Positions 15,371 to 27,949 of a stretch of 64,000 nt of DNA are shown in pieces. Numbering within the stretch: the first letter of the stretch is position 1; each line of letters opens with the position of its first letter. The position numbers and the translations under genes were made by a program. The notes beneath the pieces are model-generated. The model ran no database searches. It had not been told where the DNA came from and saw nothing but the letters and a program-made list of their open reading frames with translations. Source of the DNA: Vicugna vicugna (taxonomy: Eukaryota); the NCBI GenBank assembly GCA_013265495.1, contig MU058039.1:374591-438590 (forward strand), written 5' to 3'.

Positions 15371-16714
15371 TAAATTAAATGAAGTAATTAACCCTCTGTT
15401 CTACTTGTTCTAATTGTGTTTTTCCACCTTATGCAGCCAGAAGTAACCTAATGGCAGTGGAAAAACAGGTCCTGGCAAAGAGAGCTTCAGGTACTGTGAA
15501 GTGAATGAGCCACTATGAAGTATAACTTAGAAATATTTACTCAAGTTTAAAATACGTGTACTCTATGATCTCCATAACTTCACTTTAGTATATATCTTAG
15601 AGAAGGCCTGTACATCGATGTTCACTGGAGCACTGTTTGCCACAGTGATTAACTATATAAAATATAACCCAGAAAATGATTACACATACCACGGTGTTAC
15701 AAAATATGGCCTTACATGAAGCAATTAAAGTGAGGTAGCTCTATAGTGAACAGTTCTCCATGCAGAATAAAAAAGCAAGTTTCAGAACAGTAACTATAAC
15801 TACATAGTGACCACTAACTGACACTAAGTAAATAGTCAGGTCCTGTTTTAAGGGTTTTACATGAACCAACTCAATTTTTGGACCAACCGTATAATGCAGT
15901 TACTTTCCACACTTTGCAGGATGCTCTTATAATCTTTTTATATAGAAATATTTTTAAGTGACAAAACAGTACTACATGCACATTTACATGTGTGTGCATT
16001 TTTAAAAAAGGATAAATAATTAACTGATAATAGTGGCTACCTTTGGGTACTTTGGGTAGATACCTGGGATTGGGGAGTATATTTACAAAGGACTTGAGCC
16101 CCTTCATAACAAACAAATTATCTTTATAATGAAAATATAATTATGTATGTACTTATAATTTAACTAAAAATAAAATTTTAAAAGGAAAATGCTAGCATTT
16201 GACTTAAGGAGATGTTCATTGTTTATAATGGAAATAATGTGTAAGGCAAACCATGTTCGAAAAAGGGGCTTGGTAAAATGGTAACAGTATGAGGCCATTA
16301 TAACTCATGGTAAAGATAAATATATAAAGACATGGACAGTTGTTTATTATGTATTTTGGCATAATAAAGATGGGCTACAGGTCAGTAGGCATAGTATGAT
16401 CAAATTGAAAAAAGAATCCTAGGTATTTGCTCTCACAATATGACAGCAGTTGTCTTTAATTGATACGAATACAGGTGACCTTTTTTTATTTATTTGTGTT
16501 CTCTGTTATTTCCTAAATTTGTTGTAATGTTTTTGTAATGAAAGGAATACAGAATACAGCTATCTTCAGAAAAGAAGCAACATATTTGACCAGGTATTCA
16601 AAGATTTTTTTAAAAAGAAACAATCTAAACATGGCATAGGAACAAGTACAGAGACATAAATTTAAAAATTCAAACAGATAATACAAACTATTTAAATAAT
16701 ATAACAAGTAGGCA

Positions 16715-17465
16715 ATGCACAATGGACTACTATTCAGCCATAAGAAGTAATGAAATCTTGCCATTTGTGACCACATGGATGGACCATGAGGGTATTATGC
16801 TAAGTGAAATATAAAAAAACCATAAGCTCTCACTTATCCACTTTAAATGTGAAATTTAAACAAATAAACAAAAATCAAGCTCATAGATACAGAAAACAGA
16901 CTGCTGGTTGCCAGAGACTGGGGGGTAGCAGGTAAGTGAAATGGGTAAAGGGGGTCAAAAGATACAAACTTTCAGTTATAAAATAAATGTCTTGAGGATA
17001 TAATATACAGCATGGTGACTATAGTTAATAATACTGTATTGCATATATGAAAGTAGCAAAGAGAATAAATCTTAAAAGTCCTTATTACAAAAAAAATTTT
17101 TTCAACTATTGCAATAATTGTTTCAACTAACAGATGTTAGACTTACTGTAGTGATCATTTTGCAATACAGTTGACCCTTGAACAAAATGGGTTTGAACTG
17201 CATGGTTCCACATACACACAAATTTTTTTCAGTAGTAAAATTACCATACTACAAGATCCGAGGTTGGTTAAATCCGAGGATGTCGATACAGAGAAACCAC
17301 AGATACAGAGGGTCCACTACAAGTTATATGCAGACTTTTCAACTGTGTTGAGTCAGTGCTCCTAATCCTTGCATTAAGGGTCGACTGTATATACAAAACT
17401 TGAATCATTATGTTGTGCACCTGAAACTAATATGTTACACGTCAATTATATCTCAATTTTTAAAG
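16715..17465 (+). mobile_element. L1MA-type 3' end interrupted by a Tigger MITE
   Basis: ORF2 C-terminal motif (tactattcagccataagaag..acatggatggacc..gctaagtgaaat) and 3'UTR ending tgttgtgcacctgaaactaat..atctcaattttt. Confidence 0.85.
17168..17387. mobile_element. Tigger2-like MITE (TcMar-Tigger)
   Basis: TIRs CAGTTGACCCTT / AAGGGTCGACTG and TA TSD on both sides. Related copy at 36491-36707. Confidence 0.88.
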
Positions 17466-18299
17466 AAAGGTTCCTTTGGGACCCACCAAAAGACTTTTAG
17501 TTAAGTGCTCTATACTGTAATTGATATAGAGGTCCCAAGCTAGGAAGTAAAGTAACATTTATTGAATTTCTGATGTGTACCAGGTGTTCTACATATCTTA
17601 TTTCAGTCTCAATAACACTGAGAATGAGAACCTCTCATTTACAGGTTAAACAGCTCACAGGTGGTGTAGCTGAGATCAGAAGCCACATTTGATAAAGAGC
17701 TCATAATTTTTACATCGTCATAGAGACTAGTGCAGGTAAAATAATCTGAGGGATGGTTTGCTTATTTTTTTTTCTGAAGGAGCCAATATTTAAACTCAAG
17801 GGTTAGTGAGAATAGATGGCAAAGATGTAGAGGCAGAAACCACCTGATGGAGGATAGTAGTGGTGGTGGTGGTGGAGTGGGGGTTGTTACTAAGGAAGAG
17901 GAGAAGCGAAAAGGGCAGTTAAAAAAGAAATATAATACAGGGAGAACAGTAAAAGGTACAATGCAAAACAGACTTGATTGGACCAGAATGTTATTAAAAT
18001 AAAAATATTAGAAAATAAATATCTACATCTGTATCTATTTCATATCCCCCACTTCCAAAAATGTATTTGAGGAGGCTAAGAATAAAGGAAAAAAATTAAA
18101 TCATACACAAATGTCATACATTGTGGGTACTCAATATTGAAAACCCAGGCTAAGATTATTACTATGATTGATCATTATCTGAAGTAGTTAAATTCCTGGC
18201 AGTCAGTGCAAATGGGAAATACTTTATGTAATGGATTAACTGATTCCCCTTTGCCAAGGAGTACCAGGAGATAAGAAAGACCTAGTTGAGAAACATGAA

Positions 18300-20150
18300 G
18301 AACTCCTAATATCAATTGAAAGTTTCATGTTATTAGAAGATTCCCCAAATTTCTACTCACATAATTATAGATACAATGCAATTCAGTCAAAATCCCAAAA
18401 GATGTCTGAGTGGAACCAAGCTATTTCAAAAATTTACATGGATATGCAAAGGAACACAGTCAAGACACTCTTGAACAAGAACATAAGAGGACTTGCTCCA
18501 AATATTGTAAAGCCACAGTGAATAAGAGAGTGTAGTATTGTTACAAGGAGAGACAAACAGAGCAATGGAACAAAATATAAAGTCCAGAAACTGATGTAGA
18601 CATAATGGTCATTTGATTTTTGACTACAATGGCACTGCAGATCCATGTAGAAAAGATGAACTTTTTAATGAATGATACTGGAGCAACTGGATACCCATGT
18701 GGGGGATAACATGAAATTGAATCCCTACCCTACACAAATCAGTTCCAGGTAGTGTAAAGACATAAATGTTAAAGTCAAAAACTAGAAAGCTTTTAAAAGA
18801 GAACACAAGAAAATCTTCATGACCTAACGGTAGCAGAAAATTTCTTAAACAAGCAATAACTATTGAAAAAGCTTTCATTATGTTAAAATCAAAAACCTCT
18901 GTTCACCAGAAGGTACCAGAGTGAAAAACCAGGCCAGAGCAGAAGCTAATATTTGTCACATGAGCAAGTGATAGTAAACTAACATAAAGAAGATATACAT
19001 TATGTATACACATTATATACATATATTCAACTGCTATAGATCAGAGAAAACAAATTTATTTTGTATAGCACAGGGAACTATGTTCAATATCTTGTAATAA
19101 TCTTTAATGAAAAAAATATGAAAATGAATATATGTGTGTATGTGCATGACTGGGACATTGTGCTGTACACCAGAGACTGACACATTGTAACTGTACTTCA
19201 ATTAAATAAATAAACAAACAAACAAAAAACACAGTACAGAACAATCTACACTGAATGCTACCATTCACGTAAAATTAAAAGAGGAAAGAATGAAAAAAAA
19301 TCAGAGAAAACTCAATTAAAAAATGGCAAAATGTCTAAACAAGCATTTTACAAAAGAGGGTATCAAGGTGGGCAAGAATTGGTGTTCAATTTCATTGATA
19401 ATAAAGGCATATCAATTAAATGTGATAACATTAGACGTCTACCAAATTGGCAAAAATGTTAAAGTGTGATGAAACCAAGAGCTGGCATGGCTATGGAGCA
19501 AAAGGAATCTCTGTAAACTTCTGGTACAAGTAAGAAAGTTGCACAGTATCTTTAGAGAACAGCTGGCATTGTCTAGTAAAATTGAAGATGCACAAACCCT
19601 AGACCTTAACAATTTAATAGTTAATATATTATATTAAAGAAACACAAGCACATGTGTACGAAAATATGTGCACAAAATATTCATAGTCACATTGCTTGTA
19701 ATAGCCAACAACTGGAAGCAAGTCAAATTTCAATGAAGAAGTAGAATACATAAGTAGTAAATTGTGATACTCTCAGACAATGAGATAGCGTGTATATATA
19801 GAGAGAGCAATAGAAAAAAATAAACTACAGTGACAGGAAATATGAATGAAGCTCACAAACATTTTTAATGAAAAAAGACACAGAAGAATGTCTATTCACA
19901 CAAAGAAAACAAGCAATAACTAAACCTATGTGGTTTTGGAATTCATACCAAAGTTCTAATGATTAAGGACAAAGAAATGATCACAGTGGTTATCACTGGA
20001 AGACAACTGTTTGTGATTGTGGAGGGGTACAACAGAGGCTGCTTTAGAGATGGCTGTATTCTTTTTCCTGACCTGGATATTCCTTACATGGGTCTTTATA
20101 ATTTTCTGTTAAACTGCACAAATGGGCGTTACATGCCTTTTCTGTATCTA
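18300..20150 (+). mobile_element. Old L1 ORF2 3' half and 3' end (L1ME-like)
   Basis: Degenerate ORF2 peptides (NYRYNAI..SKIYM, gatactggagcaactggatacccatgtgg) through an L1ME-like 3' end. Confidence 0.7.
19052..19299 (+). mobile_element. 5'-truncated young L1 3' end with an extra 3' segment
   Basis: L1 3'UTR (gtatagcacagggaactatgttcaatatcttgtaataa..gacacattgtaactg). Perfect 12-bp TSD ATCAGAGAAAAC at 19040-19051 and 19300-19311. Confidence 0.85.
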
Positions 20151-20825
20151 ATTTGAAAGAAAAAAAAAAGCCATAGGCATTCAAATAAATATGCACCTCT
20201 AAAAATGTTTCAAATATTAAATTATGTGGAAAAATATTAAATATAATTTTATTGAAAATGTAGGCTATAAAATGGTAAATGCTGAATAAATTCAATTCTA
20301 AAAAATGGCACTTTAGATATGGACGTAAAACACACTGGGAAGAAAATATCAAAAAGTTACCATTGGTTTTAACTGGAAATGTAAATTTTCTTCATTGAGG
20401 GGTTGCCGTACTTTTGAAATTATTTAAAATAATCATGTTTTACTTTGATAATCAAAAAGGAATATGTATATATTTTAAGACAGCACAAAGAAAAATTAAA
20501 CCATTTGACAAATTAGGAAGAGAAAGTCAGATGCACGTGTGGGTTGGGGTTTAGAGCAAATCACATTTCTCAAGGGAAAAATTCCAGGGATCAGGTCACC
20601 GGATAGGCAAGACTTTTCAAGAGAAGGAAAGCAAGTCATGTCCTGACAAAAGAGGATTTCAGGAAACAAGGGGAAATAACAAGCTACCTTGCAGGGGCCT
20701 TGTGGATGTTCAACAGCCATTCTTTATTCCACTCTGGAAGTCTCTGTGCAAGCAGAGAAGAGCTGGGGAAGGAGAAAGGAGTCAGGAAAAACCAGGCTCA
20801 GGTCAACCTACCGCCCACCACTTAC

Positions 20826-20936
20826 AGATGCGGGTCAGACAGGGCTTGGGCTTCCCGCTCAACACCTGCATTACAGGTGAGAGCAGGGTCATTTGCAGTT
20901 CTGGGCAGAATATGTCCCTGAACTCACAGAAGTCTC
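20826..20936 (-). other. ZNF345: Candidate non-coding exon 2 of ZNF345
   Basis: Donor T|GTAAGT after 20826. Acceptor ctctgttcccag before 20936, or alternatively ttctgcccag before 20900. Splice-signal prediction only. Confidence 0.45.
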
Positions 20937-21199
20937 CTGGGAACAGAGCGCTGGAGTCACAAAGGCACAGACAAAGGCGCCCCGCAACTACAGTGCTTTA
21001 AGGATACAGAATCATAAAACTCACACCACGGGGACTCAGGCACTCCAGACCTCAACACAATGGGTTGCAGACGGCCACACAATCATACACACCACGGGGA
21101 CAGTCAGTCACAATCAGAGTGATAGGCACCCCACATACTCACATTCTCAGTGACACACATCATGGGGACATAGTGACAACAATATCACATACACACACA

Positions 21200-21740
21200 C
21201 ACACACACCCCAAGGGGATACACAGTATGACAACCGCAGTCAAGGAACCGCACGCTCGCAAACAGTGCCACACGCGGTCACACAATTAAACCCCGATACA
21301 CATGCACTGTCATAACCGCAAATCAAGCCGGCCTCCCCGCCCTCACAGTTCCGTATAGGGTCACACAGACACCGAGACACAATCACAATAAGACACACAC
21401 ACGGCTCACAATCTCCCCTTCTCAACTGGCTCCTGTACAGGCCGGAGGTTCCAGACCCGCCCGGTCCAGACCATCTCACCTACGGCTCCTCTGGTCTGGT
21501 CAGCACCGCTCCACTCTACTTGTAACAAATAACAGCCCAGCAGCTCCCACAGCGCCCTGTGGCCGTTTGCCACAACCCGCCAGAAAATCCCGCCCACTCC
21601 TCAGGAGAAGGTCTAGTTCTCGCGGGAGGGAGCACCAGGCCTAGAGCCTTCTGGGAGATGTAGTCCAGAAAGCCACCGGCTGCTAAAAGCTATCTTGGGG
21701 AAGTTCTTATTTCCGCACCGGAGGCCTCCCCAAGACTACG
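21200..21740 (-). promoter_or_regulatory. ZNF345: CpG-rich promoter and candidate first exon of ZNF345
   Basis: CpG enrichment, GGACTACATCTCCCAG (ZNF143/THAP11-type) on - at 21651-21666, TCTCGCGGGA (BANP/ZBTB33-like) at 21618-21627, and donor AG|GTGAGA after 21480 followed by a GT-rich intron start. Confidence 0.75.
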
Positions 21741-22030
21741 CACAAGGACTCCCTCGACTAAACTTTAGTTAAGCTCCTTTGAGCCCTCTTCTTTACTAGA
21801 CCTCGTCCTTGATCGGCTGACCCTACTTCAGCAAGAATCCCCTGTCTTGATACTTAACGGAGTTCCTCTCAGTAATTTTCCATCCACTGACCCCTATCAC
21901 CCCCCTATATAAATATAAATCCCCAGCTACTGTTATATACCAAGTTGAGTTCAATCTGTCTTTCATATCGCGATAGTCTTTAATACAGTCTTCGTTATCT
22001 GTTTAACTTGTGTGGTGAAACTTTTTGACA
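21740..22030 (+). mobile_element. Internally deleted solo LTR, MER31/MER67-like (ERV1)
   Basis: AT-richer block inside the CpG region. Starts with ctcgactaaactttagttaagctcctttgagccctc (MER31/67-like from memory), has TATA-like tataaa near 21908, and ends tttttgaca. Confidence 0.7.
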
Positions 22031-22600
22031 CAACCCAGCCAGGGAGGCTCTCTCAGGTTTTGGCCGCTCAGCACATAGTGGGCCCCATGGCCTCCTGGGA
22101 AATGTAGTCCAGGACTTCGCCAGGGGAGGGACCCAGCCAAGGTAAACTGCGTTCCCTAGACGCTGAGGCGGGGTCTGGCGTCAGTTATGTGCTCGTGAGG
22201 CTGCTCAGAACTACTCTTTTCCCTGGGAATGCGCAGAGGCTCTTGAGGCAAGCTGTTGCAGAAGGTGTCGGGGAGCCAGAAGAAAGAACTGAATGGGGGA
22301 CCTGAACGTCTGGGACCACAGCAACTTAAGGAGTTTGAAGGGGAGGAATCCGCAAGCCCAGTCACAATGTGAGAGTGGGCAAGGGAAGGCCGGAATATGA
22401 GACCGTGATGAGACTACGCGTGTGACTACATTTAGCGGTTAGTTGAATGAGACTACAGATGGGTAAAACTGATGATTATGAGTAGGTTTGTGAGGATGGA
22501 GGGTCATACTGTGGGCGTGTGTGGTTGGGAGTATAATTGTGTGTGTGCGTGGTAGGGCAAGATTGTGTGTGGATCTGTGTGTATGTGTCATCATGTGAAT
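22031..22600 (+). promoter_or_regulatory. Second CpG/GC-rich promoter module, probably firing on the + strand
   Basis: CTGGGAAATGTAGTCC at 22095-22110, GC box gaggcgggg near 22165, then a GT-rich tract (22370-22600) like those following the other two first exons. Confidence 0.55.
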
Positions 22601-23513
22601 GTAGGTCGCTGCTTGGCTGGCTGAGATAGTAGAGGAGTCTGAATCCTATCAGCCTCATTTCCTCTTCAAATTGTGATAATAAGGGTGTGTCTTCCCGGAG
22701 CTTCAACTTTAAGGAGAAAAAGCTCCATATTGATATAGTAAATAACTTATAGCATTTTTATATAAACACTTTAGATTCCAAACATTTTGTTTTGGAACAG
22801 AATACCAAATCAGTATGACTTTTTAAATGGGGTATATTTTGTTATGGGGGTGCCTGTTTTGGGTTATGTCCACAAATTTCTCCCCAGACATTTTCTCCTC
22901 TCTGTTCTTTGGGAGACCTTAGTAAGGTAAACGATGAGATACGTGATTGTTCATTTCAACCAGGAGTATCAACCACAATGAAAAGATGTTCAGAGGAAGT
23001 TGTACTGAGCTATGATGCTGGAGAACTAGAGCGAGGTAGCCACATTAGGTATGGATAGCTTCTCTGAATAATCCAACTTTTGAAAGTAAAATGACATCTC
23101 TGAAATATTTAGAATCTTTACACGCATTATAGATTCAGCTTTGAGATGTAGGCTTCAGATATTCTCAAGCTCTCTGCTACATGATTATATATGCTCAACC
23201 GTTAAGGCAAAACATTATTTACTTTGTTCCTCTTTATATGGTAACTTCCTTAAAGGCCTGGTCTCAATCTGAGTTTGGGGCTAGAGCTTGAATTCAAGCC
23301 TTATGTAACTGTCCCATATATAAGCTCTCATATCACCAAACTGCATGAAATCTTCAAGTTGGAACAAGAAGATGGGTTATGGGTGGTGAGCAGAAGAAAT
23401 GTAAAGGAGGTTTTATACAACTGAGTGAATGAGAACCAGGTGGATATGCCTAAGACAAGGGAGAACACAGATGTTCAGTAAGGGAGTTAGCTCCACTAAA
23501 ATGTTTTTCAGCA

Positions 23514-23648
23514 GGGAGGATATATCTCAGCAGTAGAGTGCGTGCATAGCACGCATGAGGTCCTGGGTTTGGTACCCAATACCGCCATTAAAATAAGTCA
23601 ATAAATAACCTCATTACCTCCTCCCCCACAAAATGAATAAATCATGTC
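23514..23648 (+). mobile_element. tRNA-Ala-derived SINE
   Basis: GGGAGGATATATCTCAGCAGTAGAGTGCGTGCATAGCACGCATGAGGTCCTGGG. Imperfect TSD ctaaaatgtttttcag / ctaaaatgcttttcag. Confidence 0.85.
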
Positions 23649-24096
23649 ACTCTAAAATGCTTTTCAGGATTTCCTATATAGATCCTACACTTCTTGAGTT
23701 TTAGTGGCTGTGAATCCTTCAGTCACAATTCTTCCACTATCAGTGCCCACTTTTTTAAAGCAGATCCTAGAGGGCCATATTCTTTTAATTTTCACAGGCT
23801 ACGCATTCATTTGCATACATCTTCATACATCTGCAGTCTTTTAAGACTCTTACCGTGTCACACTGCTGTTTCTTTTTATTACATTCCATTTTCTACCGTT
23901 CCATTGCTAACAGCTTCAGGGGTGTATTTTACATCTGCATTTCCTATTGGCATTTACTTCCCACCGTCATATTTCTGCAATCTCCATTACCTCCAGAAGT
24001 TGCTAGCTTAGAAATCATTGCTGCTTTCCTCCTAGCTCCCCGTTCTGCCAACTTTTTAATTTCATAATTGCTTTTAAAAGCATCATCTCATTGATA

Positions 24097-24222
24097 TTAT
24101 TTTATTTGGGGGGGGAGCGTAATTAGGTTTATTTACTTTTTTTAGAGGAGGTACTGGGAATTGAACCCAAGGCCTCATGCATGCTAAGCATGCACTCTAC
24201 CACTTTGAGATATACCCTCCCC
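24097..24222 (-). mobile_element. tRNA-Ala-derived SINE
   Basis: Reverse complement of the same consensus (gaggtactgggaattgaaccc..catgctaagcatgcactctacc..taccctcccc). Confidence 0.87.
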
Positions 24223-24764
24223 ACTGATTTTAAAATTTTAAATAAGGTTATAGTGAAAAAAGAAGTCTCCCTCTATTTCTCTTCTCCATGTGCATCTACT
24301 ATGACTAATTTCTTATGTAAACTACTTTCAGTTATCATATGATTATACCAACATATCTGTGTATATATAACCCCTCATCTTTATTTCTCACAAATATTAA
24401 TATAGTGTAAAGCACCTTTTTACTCACTATTATTTCTTATAAGATGTCCCATATTAATATATATTCCTTATTTTTTCTTATGATGGTATAATATTTTATG
24501 GTAGGGAAAATGTCATATTTTAACTACTACTGTGTTACTGAATTTTTAGGATGCTTTCAGGTTATTGCAATTTGGGAGTTAAATCCTTGTACGGCTTTGC
24601 ACAGATGTGCAGGTACATCTTTCAAATTCTTCTAAGAAGTGCTGGCTCAGAGGTTAGGTATAAGTATTTTCAGTCCATAGAAGATGAAATACTTTCCATT
24701 CCCACCAAAAAAATGTATGAACATTTTTTTGTGCCTATCGCCTGTTCCTGTCAAAATGTTTTTC

Positions 24765-25720
24765 TTCAATTAGCTGATATTTGTTGAACCCTTTATCTGT
24801 GCCAGGTGCTGTTCTGAGCACTAGGAGAGCATCAGTGAGCAGAACAGCCAAAATTTCCTGTCCTGAAGGAGTTTACATTCTAGTCTGGGAAAGTGGCCAA
24901 TGAATGTGTAAATGAAATATATAGTATACCAGTATAAAGAAGAAAAAAGCTTGGAAATAGGATAGTGTGTGCCAAGGGAGTTGCAGTTTGAAATAGAATA
25001 GTTAGAGAAATCCTAGTAAGAAGAAAATATTTAAGCAAAAAAAAAAAAAAAGGAAGAAGCAGTGACATTTGAAGATATTTGGATAAAGAGCATTATAAGC
25101 AGAGAAAACAGCTAAATGTAAATGCCGTGGGATAAGTACAAGCCTGGTATATCCAGGGAGCAGGAAGTAGACCAGCGTGACAAAGTGGAAAGCTGTAGTT
25201 GAGGTGAAAGAGCTAATGATAGGACAGATTATGGAAGATCTTGGAGAACATTTTAAGAAGTTTGGTTAGTCTCATTGAGATGTAAAAGCAATAGTGGGTT
25301 TGAAACAGAACAGTGACATGATCTTATGTTTAAAAGGGATCATGTTGGGGTGCTGAGTAGAGAGGAGGATGTAGGGGAACAAAGAAAGAAGCAGGGAAAC
25401 TAGCCAATGGGCTGTTGGAATATTCTAGGTATGAGATACTGGTCTACGGTGATAGCAGTGGTAGTCATGAAAAATAATTGGATTCTAGATATATTTGGAA
25501 GATAGAGCTGAATGGATCGGGTAATAGATTTGATATGTGAAATGAGAGAAACAGAGGAATCTAGGCCAACCTAAGTATTTCAGCTTGAGAAACTGGAAGA
25601 CCAGAATTGTCATTTACTAAGATAAAACTAAGGAATGAGCAAGTTTTAGTGGATGGATCAAGAGTTCGGTGTTTGCTCTGCTAAACCACTGGGACAGTCC
25701 ATGCTAAAGAGAAACATTTG
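24765..25720 (-). mobile_element. L2 LINE 3' portion
   Basis: L2a-like end (atatttgttgaaccctttatctgtgccaggtgctgttct..gtcctgaaggagtttacattctag) and purine-rich L2 body. Confidence 0.85.
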
Positions 25721-25726
25721 TATGTT

Positions 25727-26346
25727 TGTTGCCAAAAAATCAGCCTCTGCACACTCAAAAGCAAATTCAAACTCAGAGGCAGAGTTTTGGGAGCAAAGAA
25801 GAGAGCCACTTGATTGCTTTGCCTGGCAAAGGCGAGTCACAGCAGGCTAATACCTGGGAAACAATGAATCCATCCTGAGGTTGGGACCTGGTGATTACAT
25901 AGGCAAACGGGGTGGAGCATATCAGTGATAACAAACAAGAATCCTTTACAAAAGGATATCTTGTGTCTTGGGACCTTCTAGTGGTCTGTTAAGTAGGTCA
26001 CTGCTTGTGGCCTTGGCGTTATCAGGTCTGATCCCTCTGGTGTCATGGTGTTTTTTTGGGTTTTTTTTTTTTGAGGATCTGGCTGTTCCTTCAGTATTAT
26101 CATTCTGTGACCTTCCTTCTGGAAAATAGCTTCTGGGGTTTTGGATACAAGTTATTTAGGATAGGGCATAAATCATCGGGTTGGGGTTGCTAAGCATGTA
26201 ATCATTCAAGCAAGTTAAACAATAGCAGTAGCAAAGGAGAAAAAAGCAACGAGATAGTTAGAAAGAACTCGGAGAAAACAAGTTAATCGATCACAGCAAA
26301 CTCTAAGCTGTCTTGGCATCAGGGAAGCCATTTTGTGACTTCTTCA
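25727..26346 (-). mobile_element. Solo ERV LTR (about 620 bp) inserted into L2
   Basis: TG...CA termini (TGAAGAAGTCACAAAATGG ... GGCAACA on -). 4-bp flanks tgtt/tatt with one mismatch. Confidence 0.7.
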
Positions 26347-26436
26347 TATTGTTAGTACCTAGATGTTATTTATAGCAGAGAGACAAGATGAGACTTATAA
26401 GGAAATCTATTAGGATAAAACTAAATATAGTACCAG

Positions 26437-26695
26437 GTTGTTTTGGGTTGAATGGTGGCACCCCAGAGATATGTCTACATCCTAATCCCCAAGACCTGGG
26501 AATATGACCTTATCTGGGGGAAAAGGTCTTTACAGATGTAATTAAGTTAAGGATTTCTAGGTGAGATTATCTTGGATTATCAGGGTGTGACCTAAATCCA
26601 CTTACAACTGACAGAAGTTGAAAAGACATAGAAGAACCCATGAGGATAGAGGCAGAGATTGAAATTATGCAGCAACAAGCTAAGAACACCTGAGT
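26437..26695 (+). mobile_element. MLT1 (MaLR) LTR 5' part
   Basis: gggttgaatggtggc..cctaatcccc..gacctta..gtctttacagatgtaattaagttaagg. Confidence 0.85.
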
Positions 26696-26805
26696 CTACT
26701 TTTGGTTGTTGCTTTGTGTTTTGGGAGTGTCTTGGTTTTTCTTTCCTTTTTGTATGCCTTGTAACTTGTTGTTGTTGAAGCCAGATATTTTGTTTACGAC
26801 AGCAG

Positions 26806-27325
26806 TGTGCAGAAAAGGGTAATAAAGCAAACCTGAGACTTCTTATCCTTTGAAATGTCTGCGTGAAGTTTGGCCCTTAGCTTGTGACTAGAACTTAGTT
26901 TTCAAGAAGATTCCCAATGTCCTAACTGATAAGAATGGCTCACGATGCCCTAAGTGCTTGTGCAAACAATATGGTTTTTGTTAAACACCTGCTTTCCTTC
27001 TGGGAGTCTGAAATTCTGGTATGTGCCAAGCAGAGACTGCCTATGTGACCAATGCCCCAGTAAAAACCCTAGGTATGGAGTCTCTAATGAGCTTTCCTTG
27101 TTGGCACCATCTCACATGTGCTGTCATAACTTGTTCCTGGGGGAATTAACAGACTATATGACTCCACTGGGAAAGGATCTTTGGAAACATGTGCCTGGTT
27201 TTTCCTGGACTTTGCCCCACGCACCTTTTCTTTTTGCTGATTTTGCTTTGTATTGTTTTGCTGCGAGTTCTCCCAGTGAATCATCAAACCTTGAGGGGAG
27301 GGTTGATCTTGAGGTCCCATAACAC
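26806..27325 (+). mobile_element. MER21-like solo LTR
   Basis: Starts TGTGCAGAAAAGGGTAATAAAGCAAACCTGAGAC and has the MER21-type end ttctcccagtgaatcatcaaacc..aaca. Confidence 0.8.
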
Positions 27326-27949
27326 TGTAGTAACCAGGGAAAATAATTTTTATGCCTGAATGGGCATACATTTCCTTCTGCAAAGCTTTTAGTGTGGAGT
27401 TTTGAGTTATTCCAGTTAGGGTTTTTATCAACCAAGCAATGTAAGAGATTCATACAATTTGATTGCACCTATGAAATTTCAAAGAAAAATAACTGAAAAA
27501 CCAAGATATTATTACATATCAGGATAGTGGTCAGCTGGGGGCCGGGGATCAGAAATGATCACATGAGGTGGGCGGTTTCTTCCTGAGATATGAACAAAAT
27601 ACTGTTTCTTCACTTGTATTGAGTTACACTGAACTTACACACTCTATGCATTTTTCTTCAGGTATTTTATTTCACAATAAAAAAAATTCAAGAAAGCATT
27701 TTAAAAGATTACTAGACGATTTTAAAAATATTGAAAAAATATACATCTAAATAATTAAGTACACATGAAAGGAAGCAAATGCAAAACGCTGATAAGTATT
27801 AACTTCAGCAAATAGAATGGGTCGGACACGAATAACATTTACAAAACAACTAATGTAACCATGAATATTAATTTAAGCCAACACTTTAAGGGTAATTGGA
27901 ACAAGGTACGTATTTTTGGATGTGAGGGATAACACACCTGGTGAACGTT

